DNA of 42,018 nucleotides, taken from a virus (lineage: Duplodnaviria > Caudoviricetes). Where the stretch lies: the IMG/VR virus record IMGVR_UViG_3300025673_000006, positions 1 to 42,018 of that record; one strand, 5' to 3'. The first letter of the stretch is position 1, and each line of letters opens with the position of its first letter. Under the pieces are notes generated by a model, which searched no databases, had not been told where the DNA came from, and worked only from the letters and a program-made list of their open reading frames with translations. Both the position numbers and the translations under genes were made by a program. Shown here piece after piece: positions 14,978-25,667 of the stretch.

Positions 14978-17176
14978 ATGGAAGAAGAGTTGAGCCAGAT
15001 TATAGACAATGAGTTCGAGAATCTCCCAGAAGTGGAAGATTCAGATGCCGCTTATATGGCAGAGATTGATGATCTACTAAATGAGGATCGGGAGACGTCT
15101 GAGAGACTCTCCGCTCTAGGTGTCAGTTTACAGTTGAAAGCGGATGAGACCGTGGCCCAACGGGCTGAGATCGAAGATAACTGGATGGATGACCTGAAGC
15201 AGTTCAACGGGGAGTACTCCGATGTTGAGCAAGCCAGACTCAAAGCCTCTGGTGGTTCTATGTTGTTCGCCAACATCACCCGTCCTAAAGTCAACGCGGC
15301 CGAGGCTAGGATAAGCGACATATTATTTCCCACGGACGATAGTAACTGGGATATCAGGCCAACCCCAGTACCTGAGTTACAAGACTTCCAAGAATCTGAA
15401 ACCCCCGTGGGTATGACTCCAGAGGGTAACGAGGTTCAAGAACGGGATGTGGCCGCTGGCGTTGTCAAAGAAGCTACGCTCAGAGCCAAGAAGATGAAAG
15501 ACGAGATGGCCGATCAGCTTATAGAAGCCAACTGGGCATCTGTCTGTAGAGAGGTTATCCACGATGCCGTGTTGACGGGTACAGGCATCTTGAAAGGAGT
15601 GACTGTCTACGACAGGATATCCAAGCGATGGAATTCCATCCAAGACGAGAACGGTAACACTGCACGGGTTTTGGAAGTTACCATGGACAAGAGGCCAACG
15701 TGTGAGCGTGTCGATCCATGGGATTTCTTTCCAGATATGTCAGCTAGAAAGATTGGCGAGGCAGAGTATGTACTCCAACGGCACGTAATGTCGCGCAAAG
15801 AGTTACGCGGCCTTGCCAAGCAAGAGGGTTACTTAGCTGGTCAGATAAACGACATCCTGATAGGGGAGGGTGAAGATACCCCAACCGCTACACATCTGGA
15901 AGAGATGCGGAGTATGGCGGGCATATCACTAGCCAAAGCAACTCGCTACGAGGTTTGGGAATACCACGGTGAGCTTGACAAGAAAGACCTTGAGGCTTGT
16001 GGTGTTGAGTGTGATCAGGAAGATGAGTTAGACGTTGTCAGTGGCATCGTGTGGTTTGTTGACGGTAAGGTCATCAGGGCAACTATGAACATCCTAGACA
16101 CAGAGGATATGCCATATTCCGTGTTTACATGGGAGCAATCAGGAACGTCCCTCTTTGGGATTGGGGTTCCACGATTAATGAATAACAGTCAGAGGGCAAT
16201 GAATGCCAGTTGGCGAATGGCAATGGACAATGCTGGACTGTCCACTGCACCACAGATTGTCATCAATGAGGGTTCAGTTGAGCCAGTTGATGGTGATTGG
16301 GCTATACGCCCAAGAAAGATTTGGAGGGCAAAGGGGTTGACAGCAAATGTTCAACAAGCCTTTGGTACGTTTGAGATTAACGGGCATCTACAGGAGTTGC
16401 TTGCCTTGTTTAATGTCGCACGTGAACTAGCCGATGAAGAGGCTGGATTACCTTCAGTAGCACAGGGAGAGGCGGGCGCACAGCCCGTCAACACAGCGAC
16501 AGGGATGTCCATTCTTATGAACTCCGCGAACACGGTGTTGCGGAGAGCGATCAAAGCTTGGGATGACGGTATAACCTTACCGTTTATCCAACGCTTGTAT
16601 GATTGGAATATGCAGTTTTCTGAGAACGAAGAGTCCAAGGGGGACATGAAGATTCATGCCCGTGGCTCTTCTCATCTAATCGTCAAAGAGATGCAAGCAC
16701 AGAATGCTATGGCGTTAATCAACATAGCAGGAAGTCCTTTGCTCCAACCTCTAACTGACGTACCTGCCCTTTATAGACGGGTAGTCACATCCATGCAGAT
16801 CGATCCAAACGAAGTGGTCAAAACAGACGCTGAGATTGAGCAAGAAATGCAGATGCAACAACAGATGATGCAACAGCAAATGCAACAACAGCAACAGCCC
16901 GTTGATCCACTAGGGCAAGCCCACCTTGAGTTGAAACAGCAACAGATTCAGCAAGACGGTCAGTTGAAACAAGCCCAGTTACAACAAGACGGGCAGGTTG
17001 CAATGGCTAAGTTACAGCAAGCTGACATGGCGTCACAGAGATCATCAGAGGCGAAAGCACTGGGTGAGAATTACCGTGGTGAGGTTGCAGACAAGAAGAT
17101 TGGAGTAGACATGATGCGAGAAAATAACCGCAGATTAGAGATGGCAATGAAAGAGAAAATGGGTAGCGGTATCTGA
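14978..17176 (+). CDS. Portal protein
   Basis: 732 aa; NITRPKV, GTGILKG, VDPWDFFPD, FGIGVP, TATGMSILM; Q-rich C-terminal coiled coil as in P22-like portals. Confidence 0.9.
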   Translation: MEEELSQIIDNEFENLPEVEDSDAAYMAEIDDLLNEDRETSERLSALGVSLQLKADETVAQRAEIEDNWMDDLKQFNGEYSDVEQARLKASGGSMLFANITRPKVNAAEARISDILFPTDDSNWDIRPTPVPELQDFQESETPVGMTPEGNEVQERDVAAGVVKEATLRAKKMKDEMADQLIEANWASVCREVIHDAVLTGTGILKGVTVYDRISKRWNSIQDENGNTARVLEVTMDKRPTCERVDPWDFFPDMSARKIGEAEYVLQRHVMSRKELRGLAKQEGYLAGQINDILIGEGEDTPTATHLEEMRSMAGISLAKATRYEVWEYHGELDKKDLEACGVECDQEDELDVVSGIVWFVDGKVIRATMNILDTEDMPYSVFTWEQSGTSLFGIGVPRLMNNSQRAMNASWRMAMDNAGLSTAPQIVINEGSVEPVDGDWAIRPRKIWRAKGLTANVQQAFGTFEINGHLQELLALFNVARELADEEAGLPSVAQGEAGAQPVNTATGMSILMNSANTVLRRAIKAWDDGITLPFIQRLYDWNMQFSENEESKGDMKIHARGSSHLIVKEMQAQNAMALINIAGSPLLQPLTDVPALYRRVVTSMQIDPNEVVKTDAEIEQEMQMQQQMMQQQMQQQQQPVDPLGQAHLELKQQQIQQDGQLKQAQLQQDGQVAMAKLQQADMASQRSSEAKALGENYRGEVADKKIGVDMMRENNRRLEMAMKEKMGSGI

Positions 17177-17391
17177 TGGAGGTTGATCCACGTTCAGCCA
17201 CATGGGGTGCAGTTACAGATTTCTATAGTAAAGAATTAGAGATAGCGACTTCTACTTTAGAGTCGGCATCTATGAGCCACGCAGAGACACAGTTCATTCG
17301 TGGTTACATTAAAGCATTTAGGGAACTTTCAAAACTACCGAAGGACACACAGTCTGGAATCCGTAGTTCTGTAAGTGTTGATTATGGATAA
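17176..17391 (+). CDS. Small conserved portal-adjacent protein
   Basis: 71 aa, TGATG coupling; W...ETQFIRGYIKAFREL pattern. Confidence 0.65.
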   Translation: MEVDPRSATWGAVTDFYSKELEIATSTLESASMSHAETQFIRGYIKAFRELSKLPKDTQSGIRSSVSVDYG

Positions 17392-17428
17392 ATAGCCGCT
17401 TTAAACAGCCGCTACACAAGGAAGTGTT

Positions 17429-18346
17429 ATGGAACTAAAGGAAGGTCAGGTTGACGAGGCAGAATTAGACGCCATTTTTAACGAGGATTCTGAGGATAAA
17501 GTTGAGGCTGTCGCAGAGGTGACCGCTGAAGCAGAGACTTCGGAGGATATTGTTGAAGAGGTGACTACGGAGATTGTTGCCGATAGTGCCGATAAAGAAA
17601 GTGTTGTTGTTGAGGAATCCCCAGACCCATCAAGTGATTTTGGCGCGTTAAAGAAGGATTTTGAGACTCTTCAGCACAAGTACAAATCGGACGAGGGAAG
17701 AGTGTCCGCTCTACAGCGTCAAATAAATGAACTTCAGAAAGTTAATAACACGCTGAAGGCGCGGCAGGTTGCACCTAGACTTGTTGCCAAACCTCCTCAA
17801 CTAGACTCTGGAAAGATCGTGGACGATCTTTACTCTGGAGATGAAGAGAAGGCAAAAGCCGCAGTTGAGGCTCTGGTGAGCCATAGACCAGCGGCAGTCG
17901 GAAATGGAAATGTAGAACAAGCTGTAAATAAGATAGTCCAACCCCTTTTTGCGGCTGAAAAAGCTAGAGGTAAAGCTCTGCAAGAAAAGGTGTTGTCTGA
18001 CACTTATCCAGATTGGAAAGATCAAGTTAACTCAGAAGAATTTTCTTCTTGGGTTTCGGGTCTCGCCACACCCATCCGACAACTAGTTAACTCAGATGAC
18101 GCACAGGACGCAATTCAACTACTCCAGTACTTTCATAGTTCTAGAGATGGAAGCACCCCTGTGAAGTCTGGGAAGTCAGAGGTCGAAAGGATCAAGGAAA
18201 AACGAGGAAAGCAATTAGCAGAGGGAACTACGCCTTCATCGAAACACAACGCGAGTGTTTCTGGTGGTATGCCAAGTGATCCAGACGCTGTCTTCGATTA
18301 CCTTGAGCGAAATGACCCTGACTTAAAAACAGCGTATAGACGTTAA
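17429..18346 (+). CDS. Capsid scaffolding protein
   Basis: Acidic N-terminus, coiled coil (HKYKSDEGRVSALQRQ), YPDW...F..W; between portal and capsid. Confidence 0.75.
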   Translation: MELKEGQVDEAELDAIFNEDSEDKVEAVAEVTAEAETSEDIVEEVTTEIVADSADKESVVVEESPDPSSDFGALKKDFETLQHKYKSDEGRVSALQRQINELQKVNNTLKARQVAPRLVAKPPQLDSGKIVDDLYSGDEEKAKAAVEALVSHRPAAVGNGNVEQAVNKIVQPLFAAEKARGKALQEKVLSDTYPDWKDQVNSEEFSSWVSGLATPIRQLVNSDDAQDAIQLLQYFHSSRDGSTPVKSGKSEVERIKEKRGKQLAEGTTPSSKHNASVSGGMPSDPDAVFDYLERNDPDLKTAYRR

Positions 18347-18374
18347 TTAATTTTTTGAATAAGGACATTTAAAA

Positions 18375-19358
18375 ATGGCTAATACTGAATATGGGGACAT
18401 CACCCCACGTACTGCGGCATACGCAGAAAGAGAGTTACTGAAGAGGGCATTGCCTTACTTAGTAATTGAAAAGTTTGGACAGGCGAAACCTATCCCAACT
18501 AAATCATCTAAGACTATTAAGTTTCGTAGATACGATAGTCTGGCTGTAGCGACAACCGCGCTGACGGAGGGTGTTACCCCAACGTCTAAACAGTTGTCTG
18601 TCACCGATAAGGCCGTGACATTGGCTCAACACGGTGATTTAGTTACCATCACTGATGTTGTGCAAGACACCCACGAAGACCCTGTTCTACAGGAGTCTGT
18701 TGAGATTTTGGGCGAACAAGCCGCACAAACAATTGAAACTTTACGTTTTAATGTTTTGAAAGCTGGTACTTCTGTTCGATGGACTAACGGTGCGGCTAGA
18801 AGTGCTGTGAACACAGCTATCTCGTTAACTCAGCAACGCAAGGTTACGCGTGATTTAAAGCGTCAGAACGCTAGAGCAATCTCTAAGGTTGTTCGTTCTA
18901 CACCAAGTTACGGTACTGAAGCTGTCGCTCCTTCATTCATTTGTCTAGTACATCCTGATATGGAAGGAGACATCCGCTCTATGGCGGGGTTTACACCTAC
19001 TGAAAAGTATGGGCAACTCACTCCTTATGAGTCTGAGATCGGAAAGGTAGAGGATGTTAGATATCTAACCTCGACTGTATTCGCTCCTTGGACTGATGGT
19101 GGTGGTGCTAAAGGGTCTATGATTTCAACCACGGGAACATCAGCAGATGTATACCCAGCGTTGTTCTTAGCGCGTGACGCCTTCGGAATTGTTCCATTAA
19201 AAGGTAGAAGTTCTATCACCCCGTCTGTTGTTAATCCACACCCTAGTGAGTCAGACCCTTTGGGTCAACGTGGTCACATCGGTTGGAAAGCATACACGGG
19301 TACTGTTATTTTAAATGAGCTATATATGGTTCGTTTAGAGTGTGCTGTAACTGACTAG
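18375..19358 (+). CDS. Major capsid protein, N4-gp56 family
   Basis: YGDITPRTAAY, TIKFRRY, LTEGVTP, EIGKVEDVRY, SDPLGQRGHIGWK. Confidence 0.92.
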   Translation: MANTEYGDITPRTAAYAERELLKRALPYLVIEKFGQAKPIPTKSSKTIKFRRYDSLAVATTALTEGVTPTSKQLSVTDKAVTLAQHGDLVTITDVVQDTHEDPVLQESVEILGEQAAQTIETLRFNVLKAGTSVRWTNGAARSAVNTAISLTQQRKVTRDLKRQNARAISKVVRSTPSYGTEAVAPSFICLVHPDMEGDIRSMAGFTPTEKYGQLTPYESEIGKVEDVRYLTSTVFAPWTDGGGAKGSMISTTGTSADVYPALFLARDAFGIVPLKGRSSITPSVVNPHPSESDPLGQRGHIGWKAYTGTVILNELYMVRLECAVTD

Positions 19359-19381
19359 GAGTCAGTGTCAAGTAGGTATTG

Positions 19382-19412
19382 GGGCCGCCCTCGTTGGCGG
19401 CTCTTTTATTTT
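19382..19412 (+). terminator. Intrinsic terminator after capsid gene
   Basis: GGGCCGCC-CTCGTT-GGCGGCTC then TTTTATTTTT. Confidence 0.8.
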
Positions 19413-19437
19413 TATTTAATTTTAAGAAAGGATTCTC

Positions 19438-19707
19438 ATGGAAACTAAAAAACCTCTAGTTAAAGAAAGAGCCGACAGGTCTAGACGTTCAAAAGTTATT
19501 TTTCATAATACTCAGGAAGATACTGGGGATGTAGTTGCCCAGATGAACGGGGTGGCATACCAGATTCAGCGCGAGAAGGAAGTTAACGTCTCCTCCGCAC
19601 TTTTAACCATGTTAGACGATTGTATTATTACTACGTTTGAGCGAGACACTAAGGGCGAAGAAATTACCCGCGACATCAAACGCTTTCCATACACCAAGGT
19701 AGCTTAA
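19438..19707 (+). CDS. Small virion/head-associated protein
   Basis: 89 aa, AAGGA SD; MNGVAYQIQREKEV...RFPY pattern next to N4-gp56-type capsid. Confidence 0.65.
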   Translation: METKKPLVKERADRSRRSKVIFHNTQEDTGDVVAQMNGVAYQIQREKEVNVSSALLTMLDDCIITTFERDTKGEEITRDIKRFPYTKVA

Positions 19708-20364
19708 ATGAACTATCTCACGCTCTGTGACACTCTGATAAAAGAATCTGGTCTTAATGAAACTGGGGTCTTATCTGTTGTTTCCCAAACTGGTGTAAAA
19801 AAGAAGGTGGTCAACTGGGTTAATAGAGCGTGGGTAGCAGTACAAAACAAGAGGGATTGGAATTTTTTGTGGCAAGAGGGTAGCTTTAACACTGTTGTGG
19901 ATTCCCAAACCTACGATCCTGTAGGTGATCTGGCCTTATCCCCCACTTTAAGACGGTGGGATACCAGTTCTTTTATCCACTCTACGTCAGGCAGTTCAAA
20001 ATTCTATCTCCAACACGTTCCGTGGGAGAATTTTGATAACACCCTCTCAACCAGTGGTACTCCTACCAAGTTCACAATAAAGCCAAACAAGTCTATAAAG
20101 TTTAACGCTGTTCCAGATGTAATAGGGACTGTTGAATTCTCCTACATAAGAACCCCCCAAACATTATCTGCTAACACTGACGTACCGTTAGTTGATTCCG
20201 CGTATCACGACATCATTTTATACCAAGCAATGTTGTATCTTGCCGCAGAGCAGGATGCCCCTGAGTTATATCAAGATGCCAATATGCAGTTGACTGCACG
20301 ACTTGCTGATTTATCTGCTGAGTTCTTACCAAACGCCTATGTTGCAAGCACACCTCTAGCATGA
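19708..20364 (+). CDS. Head-tail adaptor (tail tubular protein A-like)
   Basis: MNYLTLC...WVNRAW...WNFLW...GTP...LSANTDVP...YHDII; position after capsid. Confidence 0.72.
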   Translation: MNYLTLCDTLIKESGLNETGVLSVVSQTGVKKKVVNWVNRAWVAVQNKRDWNFLWQEGSFNTVVDSQTYDPVGDLALSPTLRRWDTSSFIHSTSGSSKFYLQHVPWENFDNTLSTSGTPTKFTIKPNKSIKFNAVPDVIGTVEFSYIRTPQTLSANTDVPLVDSAYHDIILYQAMLYLAAEQDAPELYQDANMQLTARLADLSAEFLPNAYVASTPLA

Positions 20365-21839
20365 CAGTCCAAACAAGCACATGGGCATTGAGGGGTGGGT
20401 TGGACTTAGTCTCCCCTGCCATGTCCATACCAGCGGGTCACGCTATTGTAGCTCAGAACTATGAGGCGGCTGTTTCTGGTGGCTACAGTCGTATAGCGGG
20501 GTACGCTCTATACGATGGGTCTGTTTCTCCCGCGACCCCAGCTATTGTTGCTGGCTCAGGAGACATTCTGGGTGTTTGGGAATACAACGATGTAGTTTAT
20601 GCGTTTAGAAATAACGCGGCTGGTACAGCGTGTGTAATGCACAAATCCACTGCTTCAGGTTGGGCAGTAGTCACTACACCCACGCTCGTAGCGGGGGGAA
20701 GTTTTGAGTTTGTTAATCACAACTTCACTGGGTCTTCAGCGACAGATAAGATGTATGGAGTTGATGGGAAGAATAAGGCTTTTCAGTTTGACGGGACTAC
20801 ATTTACCCAACTAACCACTGGCATGACCACAGATACACCAACCCATGTTGGTGTTCACAAAAACCACCTGTTCCTGTCTTTCGGGGGCGGGTCAATCCAA
20901 CACTCTGGTGTTGGCGATCCTACTTCATGGACTCTGAACACGGGTGCTGGTGAGTTAGGGATTGGCTCAGAGATCACCAATATAGATTCCATGCGTGGTA
21001 ACGCTTTGGTTATAACTGGGGCGGATAACGTAAGTATTCTTTACGGGACATCCACAGCAGATTGGGATTTAAAAACATTTTCAACAGAGCTAGGCGTTAC
21101 TGCAAAGACAACAGAGATTGTAGACGCTGGGTTGATTTGGTTCAATGGTAGGAACGTGACTTACCTACAAACTACCCAGAGTTTCGGGGATTTTAACACT
21201 GCCTCTTTATCGACACCTATAACCTCGTATATAGAAAAAAGGGAGTCTTTGGTGGTGGGGTCTTCTATTAATTACCGAAAGAACCAGTACCGTCTATTTT
21301 TCTCTGATAAGACAGTTGCCGTTGCGACCATCATAAACAACACCGTAATCGGGTGGACTACTTGGTTAATATCACACACACCCACAGCCCTATCAGAGAA
21401 ATATATGGGGTGTACAGATGGTAGTGTAATGCAGTTGGATACGGGCAACTCTTTTGCTGGCACAGCCATAGAATCATTTTTACGACTTCCTTTTAATTCA
21501 TTCAAATCATCCCACAGAAAAAAGCGTTTTAGAAAACTCCTTATAGAGATGGACGCTGGTAACGAGGCAACGGTGCGGTTTAATGTTGACTACGATTTTG
21601 GCGGGGTTACTACTGCAAACTTTGAGGATGTTGTTGTCTATGGGAGTGGTGGGTTGTGGAGCGCACATGAGTGGGGAAGCTTCACATGGTCTTCCACGAT
21701 AGTGACCCATTCGGGTATTCACTTGAACGGCACTGGCAAAAACTTTGGGTTACTGGTCTACCATTCCAGTGCCACTGACCCTTCTTTCACACTTCAGGGA
21801 GTTACCGTGAATTATTCAACTAGAGGTTTAATTAAATGA
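20361..21839 (+). CDS. Tail nozzle / DNA stabilisation protein (P22 gp10, T7 gp12-like)
   Basis: GGLDLVSP N-terminus, beta-rich, HKNHLF, RKKRFRKL; ATGA coupling. Confidence 0.72.
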   Translation: MTVQTSTWALRGGLDLVSPAMSIPAGHAIVAQNYEAAVSGGYSRIAGYALYDGSVSPATPAIVAGSGDILGVWEYNDVVYAFRNNAAGTACVMHKSTASGWAVVTTPTLVAGGSFEFVNHNFTGSSATDKMYGVDGKNKAFQFDGTTFTQLTTGMTTDTPTHVGVHKNHLFLSFGGGSIQHSGVGDPTSWTLNTGAGELGIGSEITNIDSMRGNALVITGADNVSILYGTSTADWDLKTFSTELGVTAKTTEIVDAGLIWFNGRNVTYLQTTQSFGDFNTASLSTPITSYIEKRESLVVGSSINYRKNQYRLFFSDKTVAVATIINNTVIGWTTWLISHTPTALSEKYMGCTDGSVMQLDTGNSFAGTAIESFLRLPFNSFKSSHRKKRFRKLLIEMDAGNEATVRFNVDYDFGGVTTANFEDVVVYGSGGLWSAHEWGSFTWSSTIVTHSGIHLNGTGKNFGLLVYHSSATDPSFTLQGVTVNYSTRGLIK

Positions 21840-23473
21840 GCGCGTTTTATACAAAGCCTTCGGACTTAATATCTGGGACTACGGCTAGGGCAACTGACAT
21901 TAATGATAGGGTAGATGCTGACGAAACTGGGTTTGATAATGTCGAGTTAGTAACTACACGGTCAGTAAAACTCCCTGTTGGAACGACAGCAGATCAGCTT
22001 ATTTCTGAGTCTGCGGCTAATCGAGCAAGTAAGACTATTGGGTTCGATACATCTGGTGACTTGGTGCTTTACTCACCTTACAACTGGAAAGGTGATTGGA
22101 CAACCACCACAGCGTATGTTCTCCACGACACCGTAAAAGATTCCTCTACAAAGAATTTATACTTCTGTCTCGTAGGTCACACAGCTGGGACATTCGCCAC
22201 AGACTTAGCGGCAAGCAAGTGGTCATTGGCAATCAACGTAGCTGATGTTGAGACTGCAAAAACTGCGGCAGAAACCGCAGAGACAAATGCGGCAACTTCT
22301 GAAACTAATGCGTCAGCATCAGAAACAGCCGCGGCTACCTCTGAGACAAATGCGGCAACTTCTGAAACTAATGCGTCAGCATCAGAAACAGCCGCGCAAG
22401 TTGCACAAGTTGCGGCAGAACTGGCATTGGATAATTTTGATGACGTTTATTTAGGTGCTAAATCTTCCGACCCTACAGTTGATAACGATGGGGACGCTCT
22501 TACCACTGGAGATTTGTATTTTGATACGTCCACTAATGATCTTAAAGTTTATTCAGGATCATCGTGGTTGGCTATTAGTAATTATACCCACCCGACAGGT
22601 GATGGTAACCTTCATGTCCCAGCTACCAGCACAACCAATAATGGCAAGGTATTAACTGCTGGCTCTACTGCGGGTTCTTTGAGTTGGGGTTCCTTGTTTG
22701 TAGCAGACATTACAGACATAACATCATCTGCGGCAGAACTTAACCTATTAGATGGTGTTACAGCCACAACTGCTGAACTTAACTACTCCGATGGAGTAAC
22801 CTCCGCGATTCAGACTCAGCTTGATGCAAAAGTAGACGATAGTCAGGTACTAACAAATGTACCAAGTGGTGCGCTATTTACCGACACTAACACAGACACC
22901 AAATGGGATGGTGGTGCAACGGGCTTAACTGCGGCAACTGGTCGCACATCATTGGGTCTTGGAACTGCGGCAACATCTGCGGCAACGGCTTTTGAAACTG
23001 CTGATGCAACCATCTTAAAAGATGCTGATATTGGTTCAACAGTGCAAGCCTATGATGTTGACACTTCTAAACTTGACGTTGCAGAAACCCGCACAGCATC
23101 AATCAACATGGCAGACAATGTTCTCCAGCGACCAGAACTCAAAGACTATGCGGAAACTGTTAATGCTATTGGTTCAGTTGGTGGTGGCGCACAGGATATT
23201 GATTTAGCACTGGGTAACGTAGTCACAGCAACGGTAGACACTTCAACCACAACTTTCTCATTCGTTAATATGCCAGCAACAGGGAAAGGGGGCGCGTTCA
23301 CTCTGATATTAACCGATGGTGGATCACAGAATGTCAATTGGCCTACGTCTGTAGATTGGGCCGAAGCCACACAACCAACACTAACCACCGCTGGGATAGA
23401 CGTACTGACTTTTACCACAGTGGACGGTGGCACTATTTGGTATGGAGTTGCTTCAGGGCTGGCGATGGCATGA
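21836..23473 (+). CDS. Tail fibre protein
   Basis: WKGDWTTTTAY motif, A/S/E/T-rich coiled coil, FDDVYLG, TAELN repeats, C-terminal DLALGNV...WP..VDW...TIWYG module. Confidence 0.8.
   Translation: MSAFYTKPSDLISGTTARATDINDRVDADETGFDNVELVTTRSVKLPVGTTADQLISESAANRASKTIGFDTSGDLVLYSPYNWKGDWTTTTAYVLHDTVKDSSTKNLYFCLVGHTAGTFATDLAASKWSLAINVADVETAKTAAETAETNAATSETNASASETAAATSETNAATSETNASASETAAQVAQVAAELALDNFDDVYLGAKSSDPTVDNDGDALTTGDLYFDTSTNDLKVYSGSSWLAISNYTHPTGDGNLHVPATSTTNNGKVLTAGSTAGSLSWGSLFVADITDITSSAAELNLLDGVTATTAELNYSDGVTSAIQTQLDAKVDDSQVLTNVPSGALFTDTNTDTKWDGGATGLTAATGRTSLGLGTAATSAATAFETADATILKDADIGSTVQAYDVDTSKLDVAETRTASINMADNVLQRPELKDYAETVNAIGSVGGGAQDIDLALGNVVTATVDTSTTTFSFVNMPATGKGGAFTLILTDGGSQNVNWPTSVDWAEATQPTLTTAGIDVLTFTTVDGGTIWYGVASGLAMA
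22280..22395 (+). repeat. Tandem 63-bp duplication in tail-fibre stalk
   Basis: GAGACAAATGCGGCAACTTCTGAAACTAATGCGTCAGCATCAGAAACAGCCGCG occurs twice. Confidence 0.85.
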
Positions 23474-25647
23474 GTATTGAGAAGAAATTACTGGGTACGA
23501 CACCCGTATCGGGCGCAGTAGACCCAGAGGGTGTATCGTTTGATGGAACGAATGATTATCTGAGTCGGAGTTCTGACCTCACGGGTAATTCTGATGGTAA
23601 TGTTTTTACCTTCAGTGCTTGGGTGTATCTTAGTTCGAATACATGGGGTACGGAGTATCTTTTTAGCAACTCAAAGTTCGATGTATATTATGGGTACAGC
23701 CACAATGAATTTAGTGTATATAGTAGAGATTCTTCGGGTACTGTGGCGGCATATGTGACTTTTGGAGATGGAGTTACATACAGTGGTGCATTGCGAAATT
23801 CTTGGCACCACCTTTCGGCCTCAATTGACCTAAGTGATACAAATAAAAGACACGTTTATATTGATGATGAAATCCCGGTATCTGTCGTATGGGGGGATTA
23901 TACTAATGTCAATATAGGGTTTACAACAGTTCCAATTTCTGTGGGAAAAAGCAGTTCTTCTAATTATTTTCCTGGTCGTATCGCCCACGTTTTCCTAGAC
24001 TACACCTACCGTGACCTATCAACAGAATCCAACCGCAGATTGTTCATAGACTCTGACGGCAAGCCATCCTCCACCATCCCATCAAGTCCTATTCTCTACC
24101 TACCCATGACTGATGCGGCTACTGCTGGGTCGAACTCTGGAACGGGTGGTGACTTCACGGTGAATGGGGTGCTGGATACGGCTGGTCGTGCGCCTAATCA
24201 ATGGAATTGTTCTGCATCGGAGTTTGATGGGACGAATGATTATTTGGAAACCACAGCGCTAAGTGTGCCTGCAGACAACAAATTACTTACTTTTAGTTAT
24301 TGGTATAAGGTATCCCCAACCCTTGGCCCTCAGGCCTTAGATTTTATTGATGCAAGTGATCCAACAAACATCCAGAAATTATGTTTGAGACTAACAGCCA
24401 CAGTTGCTAACCCTATAAGCTTTACCGTCTATAACGGCATAGATATGACTGCTGTGGTTCGTGCAACATACGCTCTTCCAAATTCGGGATATACTAGAGG
24501 TCAAAGTCATTGTATTCAAATTTCATTAGATACTTCCGACACCAATAAACGCCACGCTATCATCAATGGTATTGATGTGACAAGTAGTACCAATTGGTCT
24601 ACTTATAATAACTTAAACATTCCTTGGTCGATAGCAACAAAAGCTATTATAGGTAATGGTTTCAACTATATAGATTTTATAGACGGGAGCCTTGGGGAGT
24701 ATTGGGTCGATAGTTCCTACACCGACCTAGCAACCTCCAACCCATTCTGGGACTCAGACACCAACAAACCTAAACCAGTTCGACAAGTCATCTCAGAAAC
24801 AGGAACAACCCCACTGATTGCATTACCACTACGAGGTAATGATGCTGGGAATAATCTAGGTAGCGGTGGTGACTTTACTGTCAACTCTGGGCCATTCACA
24901 GGGGCGAGGGGTGGGTCTGAGTTTTGGGCTAGGAGTGCTAATTTTGATGGTGCTTTAGGCACAGGGTTACAAAATTCAGATTCAATCGCTAGTGACACTA
25001 AAACATATACCTACTTAATATCGTTTAAGAAAGATTCAGCGACAGGTACTGGGGCTTTGTTGTCATTAGGAAGCGCAAGCACAGCTTATATGCATTTTTG
25101 GACTTCTAGTAGTGGGGGGTCAGATTATCACTTTACCGCTTATGGCAATCAAGACGGATTTGGTTCTGCCGTCTATCAAAGAAGGTCTGATTATAATTCT
25201 ACATCGGCCTCCGACACATGGTACACGGTCTTGGGGTCTATCGACCTAAATAACGCTAAAGATCACATGTATCTAAACGGCTCAAACCAGACGAGAGCGT
25301 CAACTAATTTTAACAATGCTTATATAGAGTCATCAAACATTACACAGCAAACAATTGGTGCAAGAAATTCGGTGCGGGAAGATGGTCTAGATGGTGATGT
25401 AGTTGTCCACTATTTCTCGACAGACTACATAGACTTCTCTCAAGAATCCAACCGCAACCTATTCGTAGACCAACTCGGTTATCCCAAAGACTTAACCCCA
25501 GCAATTGAAGCTGGCACTATCGCAGACCCACTCATTTATATGAAGTTCGATGACACCAGTGCCTTGGGTACTAACTCAGGTACGGGTGGTAACTTCACAG
25601 TCAACGGCACAGTAACCGCTGGTGCTGATGTAGACCCTAACGCATAG
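23470..25647 (+). CDS. Receptor-binding protein with three LamG/ConA-like repeats
   Basis: ATG 23470 (ATGA overlap). Three units FDG.NDYL...SIDLSDTNKRH...DL....N..F...P....G.NSGTGGDFTVNG. Confidence 0.72.
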   Translation: MSIEKKLLGTTPVSGAVDPEGVSFDGTNDYLSRSSDLTGNSDGNVFTFSAWVYLSSNTWGTEYLFSNSKFDVYYGYSHNEFSVYSRDSSGTVAAYVTFGDGVTYSGALRNSWHHLSASIDLSDTNKRHVYIDDEIPVSVVWGDYTNVNIGFTTVPISVGKSSSSNYFPGRIAHVFLDYTYRDLSTESNRRLFIDSDGKPSSTIPSSPILYLPMTDAATAGSNSGTGGDFTVNGVLDTAGRAPNQWNCSASEFDGTNDYLETTALSVPADNKLLTFSYWYKVSPTLGPQALDFIDASDPTNIQKLCLRLTATVANPISFTVYNGIDMTAVVRATYALPNSGYTRGQSHCIQISLDTSDTNKRHAIINGIDVTSSTNWSTYNNLNIPWSIATKAIIGNGFNYIDFIDGSLGEYWVDSSYTDLATSNPFWDSDTNKPKPVRQVISETGTTPLIALPLRGNDAGNNLGSGGDFTVNSGPFTGARGGSEFWARSANFDGALGTGLQNSDSIASDTKTYTYLISFKKDSATGTGALLSLGSASTAYMHFWTSSSGGSDYHFTAYGNQDGFGSAVYQRRSDYNSTSASDTWYTVLGSIDLNNAKDHMYLNGSNQTRASTNFNNAYIESSNITQQTIGARNSVREDGLDGDVVVHYFSTDYIDFSQESNRNLFVDQLGYPKDLTPAIEAGTIADPLIYMKFDDTSALGTNSGTGGNFTVNGTVTAGADVDPNA

Positions 25648-25667
25648 CAGACAAAGGAGAAATAACA

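Noticed and set aside
19356-19450. Capsid stop read-through or frameshift extension
   Set aside because: A strong terminator follows the stop, the read-through frame closes within about 30 codons, and no slippery site was seen.
23470-25647. Diversity-generating retroelement target
   Set aside because: No reverse transcriptase and no near-identical TR/VR pair differing at adenines seen; the repeats are old domain duplications.
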